DNA from: the human T2T-CHM13v2.0 reference genome, Homo sapiens
Assembly: GCF_009914755.1 (NCBI RefSeq)
Contig: NC_060930.1
Length of the DNA stretch: 64,000 nucleotides
Direction: 5' to 3' (one strand)
The notes beneath the pieces are model-generated. The model was not told the origin of the DNA. It was given only the letters and a program-made list of their open reading frames with translations, and made no database searches. Shown piece after piece: positions 41,149 to 56,055 of this stretch (the stretch's first letter is position 1; each line of letters begins with the position of its first letter). Made by a program: the position numbers and the translations under genes.

Positions 41149-43707
41149 TAGTACCTTTTTCTTAGGTGGGGCTTTCTAGAAGAAGCAGAATGAAAAAGGA
41201 AAATATTTAGTTTCTGAATAAAAAGGGGCTATTGGCAACCAGGTTTGGATGGCGTCAGAAGGAATGCCTGAAGAAGTGATATGCCATGTTGCTGCCCAGT
41301 TTCACACTGGAAGAGATCCTGTGCAAAGATCCAGCGGCCTGCTTTGGGTTCCAGTAAACACAAAAGTACGTACTGGCACTCTGCGGATTACAGACTCACT
41401 GACAACTTCATGGATTCATAGATCAAGTTTTGTTACATTGATCCAAGGTGAAGGCACGCCACAGCAGGTTACTTGTGGCCTTGTTACTGTCTGTAACTCC
41501 TTGAGTTACAGATGAAAGTTCAGCTAAAGATGAAAAGGGCTCCAGGCGGGGCAGGAAAGGTAGCATCGTGAGGCCAGCATCTCACCTATGGCATTTTGAC
41601 CTAAAAGAGCTGTATCAACAGAGGTAAAGTGACCCATACATTTACCTTGGGGTTAGACAGCTTCTAGTTCCTTGGACTATCTGGAACCATGTCTCTTTCT
41701 GAAGGTGCCACATGCAGTGAGGAACCTGCCCTGGCAGAGGAACTCGTGTTCATCCTCTGAGGCCCCTTCGTTTCCAACTGAGCCATGTGCTTAGCAGTTG
41801 GGGGTTTCCTACTAATTTTTCGGAGAATGTTATTGTTTGAAAAGTGCTCTCCACAGAGCATGTGATTAGATCTTTTTGTTACTTGGGTGAGAATCTAGAG
41901 CTCCTGTCTTGCCTTGACAGCTAATATTCATGCCCATCTATTGTGGTCCTGTTTCCAAAGAGGAACACACAACAGAGTTTCTGTGCAGTGAAACCTGTGT
42001 CAGACCTAAAGGAGGCAAGGGCTGCTGAGGAGCTTGAAATGACCCTTAAAAGATATCAAGGAGAAGAGTTGTCTTCATACTCTCTTCTATCTGTCTGTCC
42101 ATCTGTCTATTCATCCATTCATCCATCCAGCATTCAGAGCAGGTCTCCCATATTTTAATGAAGGGAACCTCATTTTTATTTCCCCAAGATCTAGAGATTA
42201 GGAAGAGTGCAGACAGTGCTGAACGGCTAAAAAGAAACGATTCACAGCGAGGTTCTCCTTCCTTCCTTATGGGAAACCAACAAATCATAGCCAGATAGGC
42301 TGGACTGTCTACAGAGAAAGACTTCACATGTGGCAGGCTGGGGATTCCCTGCCTCCCAGTCCAGCTTAGTGCAGATTAGGGGATGCAATTTAGCCTATAC
42401 GTGACCTTCTATGACCTCGCAGCATCCTTGGCAATTCGTTCTTTCCTGTTTCCTGAAAACAAAGGCCTTGAGTGTCCCTGCAAGCCCTGTTCCTTGTGTA
42501 GGCAACTGGGATCCTATCTCTGGGGTGGGTGCAACTCATCCTTCTTTTCTGAATAGTGTTAAAGTTGAATTTAGAATGTCGTGATTGTTAGTAATAGCAT
42601 TACTAATGTTCCAAGGCCCTCGGAAAGGTCCCAACAATATGTCTTCCTTTCAAGTTGATTCTCTTGGTACCCCATTCCCACCCCCAATGTGGTGGCTGAG
42701 TTGGAAGAGGCCCAGCATCTTCCAAGCACAGCTCCCTGCCCCACAGTTCCTCCCTCGCACCTACTGAGGTTCTGAGCTGTCAGCCCCCCAGTATTGAAAC
42801 TCAAAAAATTAGGGAACATGATAACGCATTCTGCCCTAATATTGTCCTTTTAATGTCTAATTATCATTGTAGACAAAGTGGCTTGAACTTAGGCTTTCAT
42901 CCTAGAAGCTTTACCACTTTTACTGTTTCTATACTTTTGTAGCTAATAAGTCAAATGTAGAACAAAGAGAAGGCTGCATTTGTTCAGGAAACTGTAAATC
43001 TGTCCCATTTGATCACAATCCTGTTGAAAGGAAGAAGCCTTACGAGGACAGTGTGTTTGCTACAATGCTGAGCCGTGACAGCTGCAGCAGCGGCTCCTGG
43101 AGCACAGGGCTGCTGGCATGGGCTCACCACCCTCACAGCCATTTGTCTGGCGGCTTGTATTCAGATGTATTTGTTCAGTAATCCAAAAATGGAAGGGTGA
43201 TTTGGAACCTTGAGCAGCAGGCTGGGGATGGCTGTGAATTCTGCTTTGCACTTGCCCACTACATCAACACGCCAAGAAACTCACCTGCCCCATCCCAGTG
43301 CATTCTGAACATTTCTTATTTTTATCTTCTTACCAACCTTCTCTCTTAAAATCAGCTTCATTAAAATGGATTTTTCTAGAGTAACCACCAGATCACCTCC
43401 CCCACTCTCAGTCCGTTTTCCAGTCAAACCATTTGTTACTTGATTCAGTTCCAAATATAATGTGTGTCTGCTACTGTTAAGTCATTGCCTTATAGTCAAC
43501 CTCAAGGGTAGTCATAAACTCCAAGAGTTTCACGTGTCTGACTATATTCTTAGGAGATTGATGGGTTACATTTTTCTCCTCGATAGTGGTCATGGGGGAA
43601 ATGTGTTAATTTTTCACTTTAGATGTTTGTGAAATGTTGGGGAGAGTGAGGGGTTTGTTCTTAAGTGGTGGGCCATTGACCCAAAGTATTTTTAATTCCT
43701 TTTTTAG

Positions 43708-43795
43708 GCTGCATTTGATGCCAGAAGGCAAACACAACCTGCATTTGCGTTTTGCAGATGAATTCAACAAGTTAGCAGAAGACTTCCTACAATGA
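43708..43795 (+). CDS. BPHL: BPHL coding exon 7 (catalytic His, GKHNLH) and stop
   Basis: ttttttag|G CTG CAT...; LHLMPEGKHNLHLRFADEFNKLAEDFLQ*. The seven exons sum to 876 nt = 291 aa + stop. Confidence 0.96.
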
Positions 43796-43964
43796 GAATG
43801 CACACTCCAGTCTTGGTGGTTCCTTCGTGTGGGGCTTGATCGTGTTGCTGCCTGTTAACATGATGCCTTTGAAACTCTCCGCCTTTGAAACTTTCTACCC
43901 CTCCCTTCAATCTTATCCTAACCAAATGAGAATAATGACATATTGAAAACAGCCTCTAGCTTCA

Positions 43965-44285
43965 GGCTGGGCACGGTGGCTCACAGCTATAATCTCAGCA
44001 CTTTGGGAGGCTGAGGTGGGAGAATTGCCTGAGCCCAGGAGTTCAAGACCAGCTTGTGCAATATAGGGAGACTCCGGCTCTACAAAAAAGAGTTTTTCAA
44101 AATTAGCCAGGCGAAGTGGCACACATCTGTGGTCCCAGGTGCTCAGGAAGCTGAGGTGGGAGGATCACTTGAGCCCAATTCAAAGCTGCAGTGAGCTGTA
44201 ATTGCATCACTGCACTCCAACCTGGGCAACAGAGTAAGACCTTGTCTTAAAAAAAAATAAAAACATAAAAAAAAATAAAAAAGGA
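43965..44285 (+). mobile_element. AluJ in BPHL 3'UTR
   Basis: Sense dimer 170 nt after the stop; TSD agcctcta(g/a)cttca. Confidence 0.92.
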
Positions 44286-44902
44286 ATAAAGCCTCTAACT
44301 TCAATAGCTATGAAAATTAAATCCGATTTTCTAAGATGAAGTTGTGACAAGTTATACCATTGTCTTAACAGGTGAATTCCTGCCATAATTTATTTTCAAA
44401 TAAATTTTAGGTGGAGAATGTGTAGTGTTAATGTTGGAGATTTTAAGACATCTTGAATTTGTACTGTACCTTTTATCTGAGAGGTTCAAGCTTCACTTGT
44501 GTTTTTATTTGTGTTTATCTATCATATTCAAAGAGAAGTAGGGAGAGTCCGTGCCCGAGGTCCTCAATTCTAAGATCAGAGGATGTCCAGAACAGCAGCA
44601 GATAGGGGCAGGTTTGCTTTACCCCATATCCCTCTCCTGGTTCACTTTTGAGAGATGAATACTTTGGGCCAGTAAAGGTGAACAAAATATGTATTTTCAT
44701 CACTCTGTACTAAAAGGACAGGAATGTTATTAATTAAAACACTAAAGCAGAAATCCTACATTGCTATTAAAATTAAACTTTGATTACCACAATAAAAACA
44801 GTAGCAAGTTAAACCTTGACACTTTATACTTAAGCATTTAGAGAAAGAATAAAAATTATTTGAAGTGAGAACACAGACCACAAGGTTTTCTACACATGCT
44901 TT

Positions 44903-44908
44903 TTTATT
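44903..44908 (-). terminator. TUBB2A: TUBB2A poly(A) signal
   Basis: tttatt on + (AATAAA on -), ~175 nt after the stop codon. Confidence 0.8.
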
Positions 44909-45082
44909 AGTATAGATACCTTCACAGACAATACTGTAATTTTTAGAGGAGTTCCACATCATTACATCAACAGTGTGAATTTCTAACAGAGGCAAAACTG
45001 AGCACCATAGTTTACAAGTAGAAAGACCATGCTTGAGGACAACAGAAGTTCACTAAGGATGCACGATTGATCTGAGAAGTTT

Positions 45083-46171
<1,089 letters not shown>

Positions 46172-46839
46172 CTAAAACATAAGGAATTTCAAAATCTGTC
46201 ATTTTGACTATGGAGGAGAAGGTAGGACTGGTCTTAGACTGGCAGATTCTTCTCTTTTGAATACTCTTCTTTTACCTGAAGAAATATTTTTCTATGTCAG
46301 TGACCTCAAAAACACTGGGGATCATAATAAAGTAAGAAGTAAGTTTAGCTCATCTGAGGCTATTGATTGAGGAAGAGGATAGGGTTAGAAAACTTAATTG
46401 GTTCTGAAATACATACATTTTTAAGAGGCATTCTCTTTATACTCAACTACAATTAAACAGGCAAGGTGAAGGCAGTGTGACCAGCAGAGAAGGTGGCCTC
46501 AGCATCTGTCTAGCTCTGGTCATAACCTGTGCTTTTGGCCCCTGGCTCTTTGAAGTCCTTTCAAGTTGCCTATAGCCTATGAAGCCTGGCTTGAAGCTTT
46601 TCCTTGCTCTTTCTTCCTTCCAGTCTGAGGCTGCTCTGCAATGGGAGGGCTGCAGCAGCCCTCTGCAGGCTGGCGTTGATCTGTGAGCCATGACCACCCA
46701 TGGACTGCATGGAGCTAGGCCAGGACTCAGGGCTGCCGTGGACACAGTGTCACCTTGGCACTGAACACTAAGAACTGTGCTTTGCAGGGCTGTTAGGAAG
46801 AAGGTGTGTCATTTGGCCAGTTCCCAGTGATCATGACTA

Positions 46840-47112
<273 letters not shown>

Positions 47113-47258
47113 TTAGGAAACCATAAAACATGTTTTTCCAGCAGTTGGCATTTGAAATGAATATGCAAGAAGCATGCCTTTGTCACGTGCATGTTCCTGG
47201 GACGTTTCATCTCCCACATCATGGAAAGCAAGGATTCCTGGGCACACACATCCCGCTA

Positions 47259-47471
<213 letters not shown>

Positions 47472-48339
47472 TCAGACAGTTAGTAAGTGCTAGACAGAGA
47501 GCAAAGAGCTGCACCCCCTATTTCCTGCAGCAGCCGCTGCTGAGGGGCTTGAAAATCCGCAGAGCATCGGCCATATTATGGGGATAGACTGAAAGGCTGG
47601 GAGGGGCCCTGGAGGAGGAGGGGACACAGCAGATGCCCTTCTAGGGAGAGGGTGGGGAGAGTAGAGAAGTGGAGAAGGGGTACAGGGAGGCTGTGTCACC
47701 CCAGGCAGGGCTGAATGCCATTGCATCCGGGATGATTGATGGGTCGTGGCAGGACCAAGGACAGGGGGACCCACTCTGTGGCTGCCTCCAGGGATCAAGC
47801 TCTCTTGGCACAGATCCCAGGCACTCCTGCAACAGTGCAGGTTTAAGCCACCGATCTACATGCTGGCACTGACCACCGGAGGGACTGGGCGAAGGGCAGC
47901 AGGAGCCTGGGAGGGCACCTGGGCGGCAGTGGAAGGAGCTGGCCATCGTGAGGGCGCTGGCTGCATTGTGAATTTGCGGCGGGGAGGCTGGGTGGGCAAC
48001 ATGGCGGTTCTCAAAGAGACCACGTCCTTGTACTGGCGCCCGCCCCCACCCATGCACCAGACCCGCTGCTGCCTCCCACACAGCGGTCGGTAATTGCAGC
48101 CCCCACCCAGCGCAGTCACCTGCCGCCTCGGGGACTGGCAGCAAGACTATCGCGTTGTATGTCATCATGTCAAGACAGTGCCCGAGCAAGGGAATTTATC
48201 TAACACCCTTGCCTGTACGACCCAAAGGGACGCCTCTGTTACATCTGCCAGTCCAGTGACACTGCATGTTTTCATTCAAACCGTAGAGAAAAATATACAA
48301 ATTAAATTCACATGAAGCTAGCGCAATAAATATGACCGT

Positions 48340-49500
48340 AGCCCCGACCCAAGTTTCTGAGACAAATACACCCAGGGGAATGCCAGCCGCGTCCCGCAGA
48401 AGGGCTGTGTCCCAGGGAAATCGAAAGGGCCCCGATTAAACGCACACACAGCTGCGGCGCTGCGGGCATCCTGGCGGGTCATGCAGCCTCCCGGACCCCG
48501 CCCGGCGGCCTCGCCGCGGAATGTGCCACCCGGCCAGCCCGGGGCCGCCGCGGCCTCCAGCCCCCGCCCCGGCCCCAGCCCGCACCCTCGGTCCCAACCC
48601 CGGGCCCCTCCGTGGCGGTGAGCCCACCTTGGCGCCGATCTGGTTGCCGCACTGGCCCGCCTGGATGTGCACGATCTCGCGCATGGTGCCGGCTGCGGAG
48701 CGGGTGGCGCTGGCCCTCGGAGCGGTGCGCGGCGTGGACCGGCGGGCTGGGCTGCGCAGAGACCTGCCGCCGCCCCCCCAGCTCAGTCTTTTATATCCGG
48801 GGACCCGCCCTGCCCGGTGACGTCATGACGGGCGGGGCTGTGGCCGCGGGGGCGGTGCGGCTGGGACTGCGGCACCGCGAGGGGGAGCCGGGGCGCGGTG
48901 CGAGGTGTGGGGGCGCTCGCCCTATTGCTGCTGCCGCTGGGTCTAGGGTGGGCGGCCGGCCCCGCGGTCCGGCGGTGAGTGCGGTGCCCGGGCCTCGGGC
49001 CCAGCCGCAGCCCCCTGCCCGATCCACGGGCACGGGCGACCCCTGGCGCTGGGTCCTCCGCTCACGCCGCGATCCCCACCCCGAGCCGCCCACTCTGGAC
49101 CCCCGAGGGGGGCTGGGGACCGGGGGCCCCGGAACCAGGGGGAGGGGCTGCCTCGGAACAGGGTCCTCGCCTCCTAAGGACGGGAAGAGGCGTCGAGTAC
49201 CCTTTGGAGTAGGGGGCCGGAAATTGAAGACCCATTTGCAGTGGGCTCTCCAGCGGGTGGCAAAGGTTTCCCGCATCCTGGGCAGGGTCCTGGACGCCGT
49301 TTGTGGGGGTGGGGTGGGCAGCGTGGAGAGGAGTGGGGGGCCGCGGGGAGCCGACGGGCAGCTGCCTGAAAGGAATGCCAGGATGGCGGGGTGGGCGGCC
49401 TTTCGCCCCTGCAGGGGAGGAAGATGGCTTGGTCGGGGGCGGGGGTTGGGGGGCTATCAAAGGGCTGGATTTGTCACATGTCCGCTTTGGGCTCCTGCGT
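48340..49500 (-). promoter_or_regulatory. TUBB2A: TUBB2A CpG-island promoter with TATA box, CRE and GC boxes
   Basis: TATAAAA on - at 48789-48795; TGACGTCA at 48818-48825; gggcgggg immediately upstream; dense CpG. Confidence 0.88.
48628..48684 (-). CDS. TUBB2A: TUBB2A exon 1 coding part (MREI autoregulatory N-terminus)
   Basis: MREIVHIQAGQCGNQIGAK|gtgggc. The four exons total 1338 nt = 445 aa + stop. Confidence 0.97.
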
Positions 49501-49535
49501 CCTTGTAAAGGCCTTTTAAATGTGGAAAATTCTGC

Positions 49536-49537
<2 letters not shown>

Positions 49538-49567
<30 letters not shown>
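49538..49567. repeat. (GT)15 microsatellite upstream of TUBB2A
   Basis: Read directly from the sequence. Confidence 0.95.
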
Positions 49568-49568
<1 letters not shown>

Positions 49569-49674
49569 AGAGAGGAAAGACAGGAGGAATATATCTGCCA
49601 CGTTGATGTGTCAGCTGATGGCCCTGCCCCTTACACCCCTTAGGTCGCCTGATCCTCACAGAAGCTGTCGGAGC

Positions 49675-49960
49675 TAGGCTGGCCAGTTCGGTAGACCCTA
49701 GGCACGGTGGCTGCCGAGCATTGAAACGTAGGTAATCTGAACTGAGATGGGCTGTTAAGTGTGAAGAACACACTGGCTTTTATGGGCTCAGTAAGTTAAA
49801 ATAATGTGAAATATTTCATTACTGATTCTTAAATATTGATGGTCTATCAAAATAATAGTGTTTTGGATACATTGTGTTAAATGACTTGTTTTGAAATTAG
49901 AAAATGTAAAATTACATACTTGGTTTCCATTTGCTGCTCACTTACGCATATTTTTGTTGA
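49675..49960. mobile_element. MER33/MER3-type hAT element
   Basis: gtggct..gagcattgaaa..t.g.taatctgaactgagatg.gctgttaagtgt.aa...ttttggatacattg.gttaaat. Confidence 0.65.
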
Positions 49961-50338
49961 CTACCACCGGCTTCTGGTAAGCATTATTACTACCCCAATT
50001 TCATAGCTCCGAAAGCGAGGTTGAAAGACCTGACCAGCCACAAAGCTAGGAAGGGAAGGAATCTAAAGCCTTTGTATAAATAAAAAGCCCAGGTGAGTTT
50101 TAAAGGCTTGGGTGGGCTGTGGTAAGGACCTGACTTAATTATTCACAAAGATGGCCCTGCACGGTGGACTAGGTAACAGGGGCTTGGGGACTGCCTTTGG
50201 TTCCCAGCACATTCCAACTATATAATGATGATAATTACAGGTGCCTTGGAGCTGGCTTTGTGGTAGGAGATGAGAAGCCATATATGAAAGCACATTGAGT
50301 TTATGGAGTAAAAATGCCTTGGTAAAACCCAAGGTGAT

Positions 50339-50756
<418 letters not shown>

Positions 50757-52757
50757 TTAGGTCTTAATCACCCCAGCTTTAGGAAGCGCCCAGCATCCTC
50801 CCAGATGTAGGTAGGCAGGTGCCTAGTGCCTCTTCTCAGGGTGGGGACAGATTTCCTAGAATTTCTCCTCCTCTCTCCCCTCTCCCTGCTGCTGGGCCCC
50901 CAGTGGACAACCTGTCCCTCGGATGCTACTCCCAGGTACCCAGGGCTTGACCTCCACCTTCTCCCCACCCCCACCCCAACTCTCACATCTTGGCTCTTCA
51001 CCACAGCCGGAGCCTTCCAGATCCTCTCCAGAGAATGGCTCTCCTTGGGGTACCTTCACTCATTACACAGTTCTGAAAAGATTTTTCCAGAGATAATTGC
51101 TTCTTGGCCTTTGTGTTTTAATTCAGCGTGAAATCTGAGGCCAAATAGGAGCAGAGGATGAGACCTGAAAGGGACAGCACTAGGGACACGGGGACCCCTA
51201 GCAGCTGGGCGTTTCCCGGCCTGTGGAGCATGTGCCCACTCTGCTGTTCCTAGCTCAGTCCTCCAGCAAGTCACTGCACCTCTCTGAGCTTCTCTGGAAA
51301 TGGGTTTTTCTTACGTTGGGGAGCTGGGAGGCACTGTGCGTGAACTGGACATTAGTGAGCGCACAGAAAATAAATCCATGGCAGTGTTCACGGGCGCAGG
51401 CCAGGTACCTGATTGTCTGCTCTGGATCGCTGGCAGTGAATGTTCTGCCCAAGTCGGCCTTCTCCTGCCTGGCAGTTCACGCCCAGCCTACTTCTCTCTG
51501 ACGCGCTCCTCCCTCGGTGCCGCCCGTGATGTGTGTTAGTATATAATCAGAGAAACTCACACGCGGAGTTTTAAATAATGCCTGCCCTGCCTAAGGTGAC
51601 TCATCTGAGGCCGTGAGTTCCTGCTCTCCCCTCCCTCGCGGCAAGTGTAGATATCCCCAACCCCACCTCGCTGTCACTAAGCAACTCGACCTTGTACAGC
51701 ACCGATGCAGATAATAACAGGAGGAAATAGAGCCTGCTAATTGTCCCCTTCCCTAGAATAGGTTTTTAAGGAGCAATCTCTCCCCTTTCATGTATTTTTC
51801 AGTGTCTAAAGAGGAGCAGCTCCACCGGCTGTTGGGTGGGCCGGGGATGGGGAAGGGGAAGAGGACCAACCTCCTCCAGCCTCAAGTCACTTCCTGCTTT
51901 AGACAGGATGCCACTCGCAGTGTCTGAGCCACCCCTACCCTGAAGGCATCATTGGCGGGGTGAGGGGCGGGGGGCGGGGAAGGGCAGGTGTAATGACAAA
52001 ATTCAGACTAGAGAATGTGTTCCAGGTAGGAGGCTGAGCCACATCTGTCTTTCACAAAAGGACATAAGCTCTTACCCTTTTGCCTGCCCTTCCCGCCTGC
52101 TGCTTCAGAGGGCCCAACGAGAAGGGTCCTGGTGAGAATGTTCTAGTGAAACGTACCCTGTGAATATGTGGTGTTATGATGATATCGTTACTGTTCACTG
52201 ATGCCATCTCTAAGGGTGACAGTCGTGATCTAGTTGAAATAGATTTAGTTGGTCCAAGTAAGAGAGTCCTGGAACTTCAAAAACACTAGTTTCCTCTGCA
52301 GAATGATGAAAACCCAAGGACCATCCCAGCAATACAATTGTCTAAATTTGTATGGTACAGTCTTGCATCCTGTTTGTGCCCTCAGAGAACTAGCCACACT
52401 CTCCGCTCCAACTTCTCTTTCCCATGAAACTCATCCAGTGCAGCCCCTGTCTGCTATTTTTTAAATAAAAGCATCTCTTTATGAAGATGGAAGAATTTTG
52501 TTCAAAGCATTTAAGGGGATGTAACCTTTTCAAAAGGTTACCTAAAATAAAAGTCTGAACTCCAATTAAATTTAATTTTAAAATATCAACCCCACCAAAG
52601 TTTACAATTTTTTTTTTTTTTTGCATCAGATGACTATAATAATACAGAGTAAATATATAGAAGATTTTTAGCCACTTTCTGGAATGGGCCATGCCCCAGA
52701 ATGTGACATTCATATTACAAGTGTCGATCTGGGGCCTTTCAAAACTGAAGATGTCAT

Positions 52758-52980
<223 letters not shown>

Positions 52981-53469
52981 TGATGTCAAATTCTCATTAA
53001 GCTATAACCCCCCAAGTTTTTTTTAAATACATACAATGTACACAGCAATTATATATACATATATCTTATATACATATTTCCTGATTATAAAATTAGAAAC
53101 ACTTAGAAAGTACTAAAGAGCACAAGTGTATCCCCTGTTCTCGAGATTTTTTTAAATGCTTGATGTATTATATTCCTTTGTGTTTTTCCTATTCATGGGC
53201 TGTTTAGGTGTTTTTGTTCCTTTATAACTTTTTTTTTTTTGCCTTCAACATTAAGAGTGAAGAAATACTATATCTTCTTCTGCTATGACTTAGACATAAT
53301 CTCACAAATTCTCAAAAATATGTAACCTACTCCCAACTGTCATTCTCCCCATAATATGAGGTGTCCAGAGCATACCGAATTATCTACAGAGCAAACTCAT
53401 CTCTGCTTCCCATGACTAAGGCCGTTTAGAGGACTCAGTGCCCTCCTGCCGCGCGTTCCCTGACTGTTG

Positions 53470-53700
53470 AAGAGCACAGGGCCTAGAGTTGATGGACTGG
53501 GTGCAAATCCTCACTGTCACTTCTTAGCTGTGTGACCTCGGCAAGTTACTTAACCTCTCTCTGCCTTAGTTGCCTCATCTGTAAAGTGACAGTAATAACA
53601 GTATCCGCTTCCTGGGGTTGTGATAAAGACTGAATGAATATGTGAAAGCACTTACAATACCACCTGCCCCACAGTGTTATATAAATATTAGCTATTATAA
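53470..53700 (+). mobile_element. MIR
   Basis: ctgggtgcaaatcc...cacttcttagctgtgtgacctcggcaagttacttaacctctct..cctcatctgtaaa. Confidence 0.85.
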
Positions 53701-53799
53701 CTGGTTAATCCCGTCCTCCCCCCACTCCCTCCCTCCCTCCCTTTTTTTCTCCCTCCTTCCCCTCCCTCCCTGGAGCTCTTCTGGAATCAGGACTCAACT

Positions 53800-54480
53800 C
53801 CAGAGCCACTTGCGAGGCTCCCATGCGGCGAGACTGCGGTCTCCGCTGGCCGCACGCTCTTCTGCATACAGCTCCGCACTACACTCCTCTCCCCTAATCC
53901 CGAGGCTGGCGCTGCAGAGTGAGCGAGCGCAGGATCGCTAAGCGCGAGCCGAGGCGCCATCGGAACACTCTTGCCCCCACCCAGACGTCGAGTCTGCAGG
54001 TCCAGGGCAGAGGGCGCTGGGCGGCGCCGGGAGGCGCGAGGCACCCGGGAGAGCCGGCTCCGTGGCTTCCTACTACCTGACCCCCTGACCACCTAGTTCT
54101 GGAGCCAGGCTTCTTCACCCTTCGCCAGGTCTGGGCTGCCAGGGACTCGGGGTGGGGCCGCCACGCTGCCTTCTCCTTCCGTCCGGAGCGCCGGGGCGCG
54201 CGACCCGCTCCGTTTCACGCTCTAGGCAAACGGTAGTTCGGGAAAGGCTGAGCTTCGCCCCCTCCCCGCGGTGAGAGCGCGGCGCGGCGGGGCGGGGCCT
54301 CCTGCGGGCGGGAGAGGCACCGGGGTCCAGGGGCCGCGGCGCAGGGGGAGGGCGGGGCTGTGCCCCCCGGAGGCCCTGCCCGCCCCGCCCCGCCCCGCCC
54401 CGCCCCAAGACCCGGGTTCCCCCTGGAGGCCGCCACCGCCCGTCCCTGCCCGTCGCCGGCAAGGCCTGAGCCTCTGTCTC
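53800..54480. promoter_or_regulatory. Orphan CpG island with tandem GC boxes
   Basis: Very GC/CpG-rich; (CGCCC)n run at ~54381-54406 and ggggcggggc at ~54289; no recognisable coding exon. Confidence 0.7.
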
Positions 54481-54607
54481 AAGATCGGACGGCCTTTGCA
54501 GCGGGAGCACCAACCAACCCCACAAATTCATGAAATACTAGGCGGGAGATGCGCTCAAAATAGGACGTGCCTTTTGTTTTTTGTAGCTATAAGAGAATAT
54601 CGAAGTA

Positions 54608-54705
54608 CTTTTTTTTTTTTTTTTTTTTGAGATGGAGTCTTGGTCTGTCACCCAGGCTGGAGTGCGGTGGCGCAATTTGGGCTCACTGCAACCTCCGTCT
54701 CCGCC
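54608..54705 (-). mobile_element. Alu right-arm fragment
   Basis: Poly-T plus ~75 nt of Alu. Confidence 0.85.
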
Positions 54706-55307
54706 TAACAGCCCTGTCGTACAAAAATAACAATAGGGAACATCTGAATAGGGGGTGGGCTAATTTTGTTAAATTTACTTTTTGATGCCCCCACGTTTTG
54801 TTGCTAGTGTTAATGAAATGCCACCAATGGCTGGCTTAAATGTAGTGCTGCCAATGTATATATTCTGTGTCTCTTCTCAGTTAGGAAGAACATTTGTTAC
54901 TTCCACTACCTAAAGTTTGCCCGGCATGGTCAGTTTTACCAGTAGTCACCACAAGCACACTGCTAATTAGTTTTCCAGACCTAGGGAAACGTTTGAGATC
55001 AGGATTGGGATGTGGGGGGTGTAGGGGGAGTAATGACCCCAAAATAAAAGGAAAATTGCAATAGTAAAATGAATGTTTATTTAAATGTCTACAGAATATA
55101 TCATGTCAATTAGTCAAAGACAACTCAACTTTTATATTGTAATGTATAAATTATACTTAATGTAAAAAGTTAAAATAGAAAATGAAACATATCTAATATG
55201 ATATGGGACAGTTCCTCCAAAAGAGTGCCAGCGACCTCCAGAGCTCGAGCTGGCTCCATTCATCACCCACTTTTAGTATCATTTTCTGGTTATCAAGAAA
55301 TGAGTAG

Positions 55308-55608
<301 letters not shown>

Positions 55609-56055
55609 TAATAACTGAAAGAAAGAAGGAGATTAAGGAAGATGGAGACAAATATGCAGGAGAAACACCCTCTGAGGGCGATTTAACAGAGCAGCGAATG
55701 TGGAAAGGGGAAGGGGAGGTGCTTCTTGGGTGCCCAGTTTCCTTGGGAGGAACTCGGGTACGTGGTCAGGGGTTGTGGGCAGTTATTCCCCTCGCTGGCC
55801 CTCAGGGGGCTCACAGGCCAAGAGCAGCTTGGTTGTCGTACATGGGTTAGGGGAAGACGGGAGAGTTAGGGTGCATGATAAGATAGAGAGGCAATGTGCA
55901 ACTGGATATTTCTATGTACTTGGCCTTTCAAAATTCAAAATTTGTTAACTCATGAATACTTGTATACTGACATAATGTACAGATGCCATTTAAGGTTGGA
56001 TAGTTTTGTAATTAATGAGGCATTATGGATCTCATTGAGAAGCCAATACTGACTC

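Noticed and set aside
48612-49601. 298-aa, 179-aa and 161-aa ORFs over the TUBB2A promoter
   Set aside because: Low-complexity G/R/P/A translations typical of stop-poor CpG islands.
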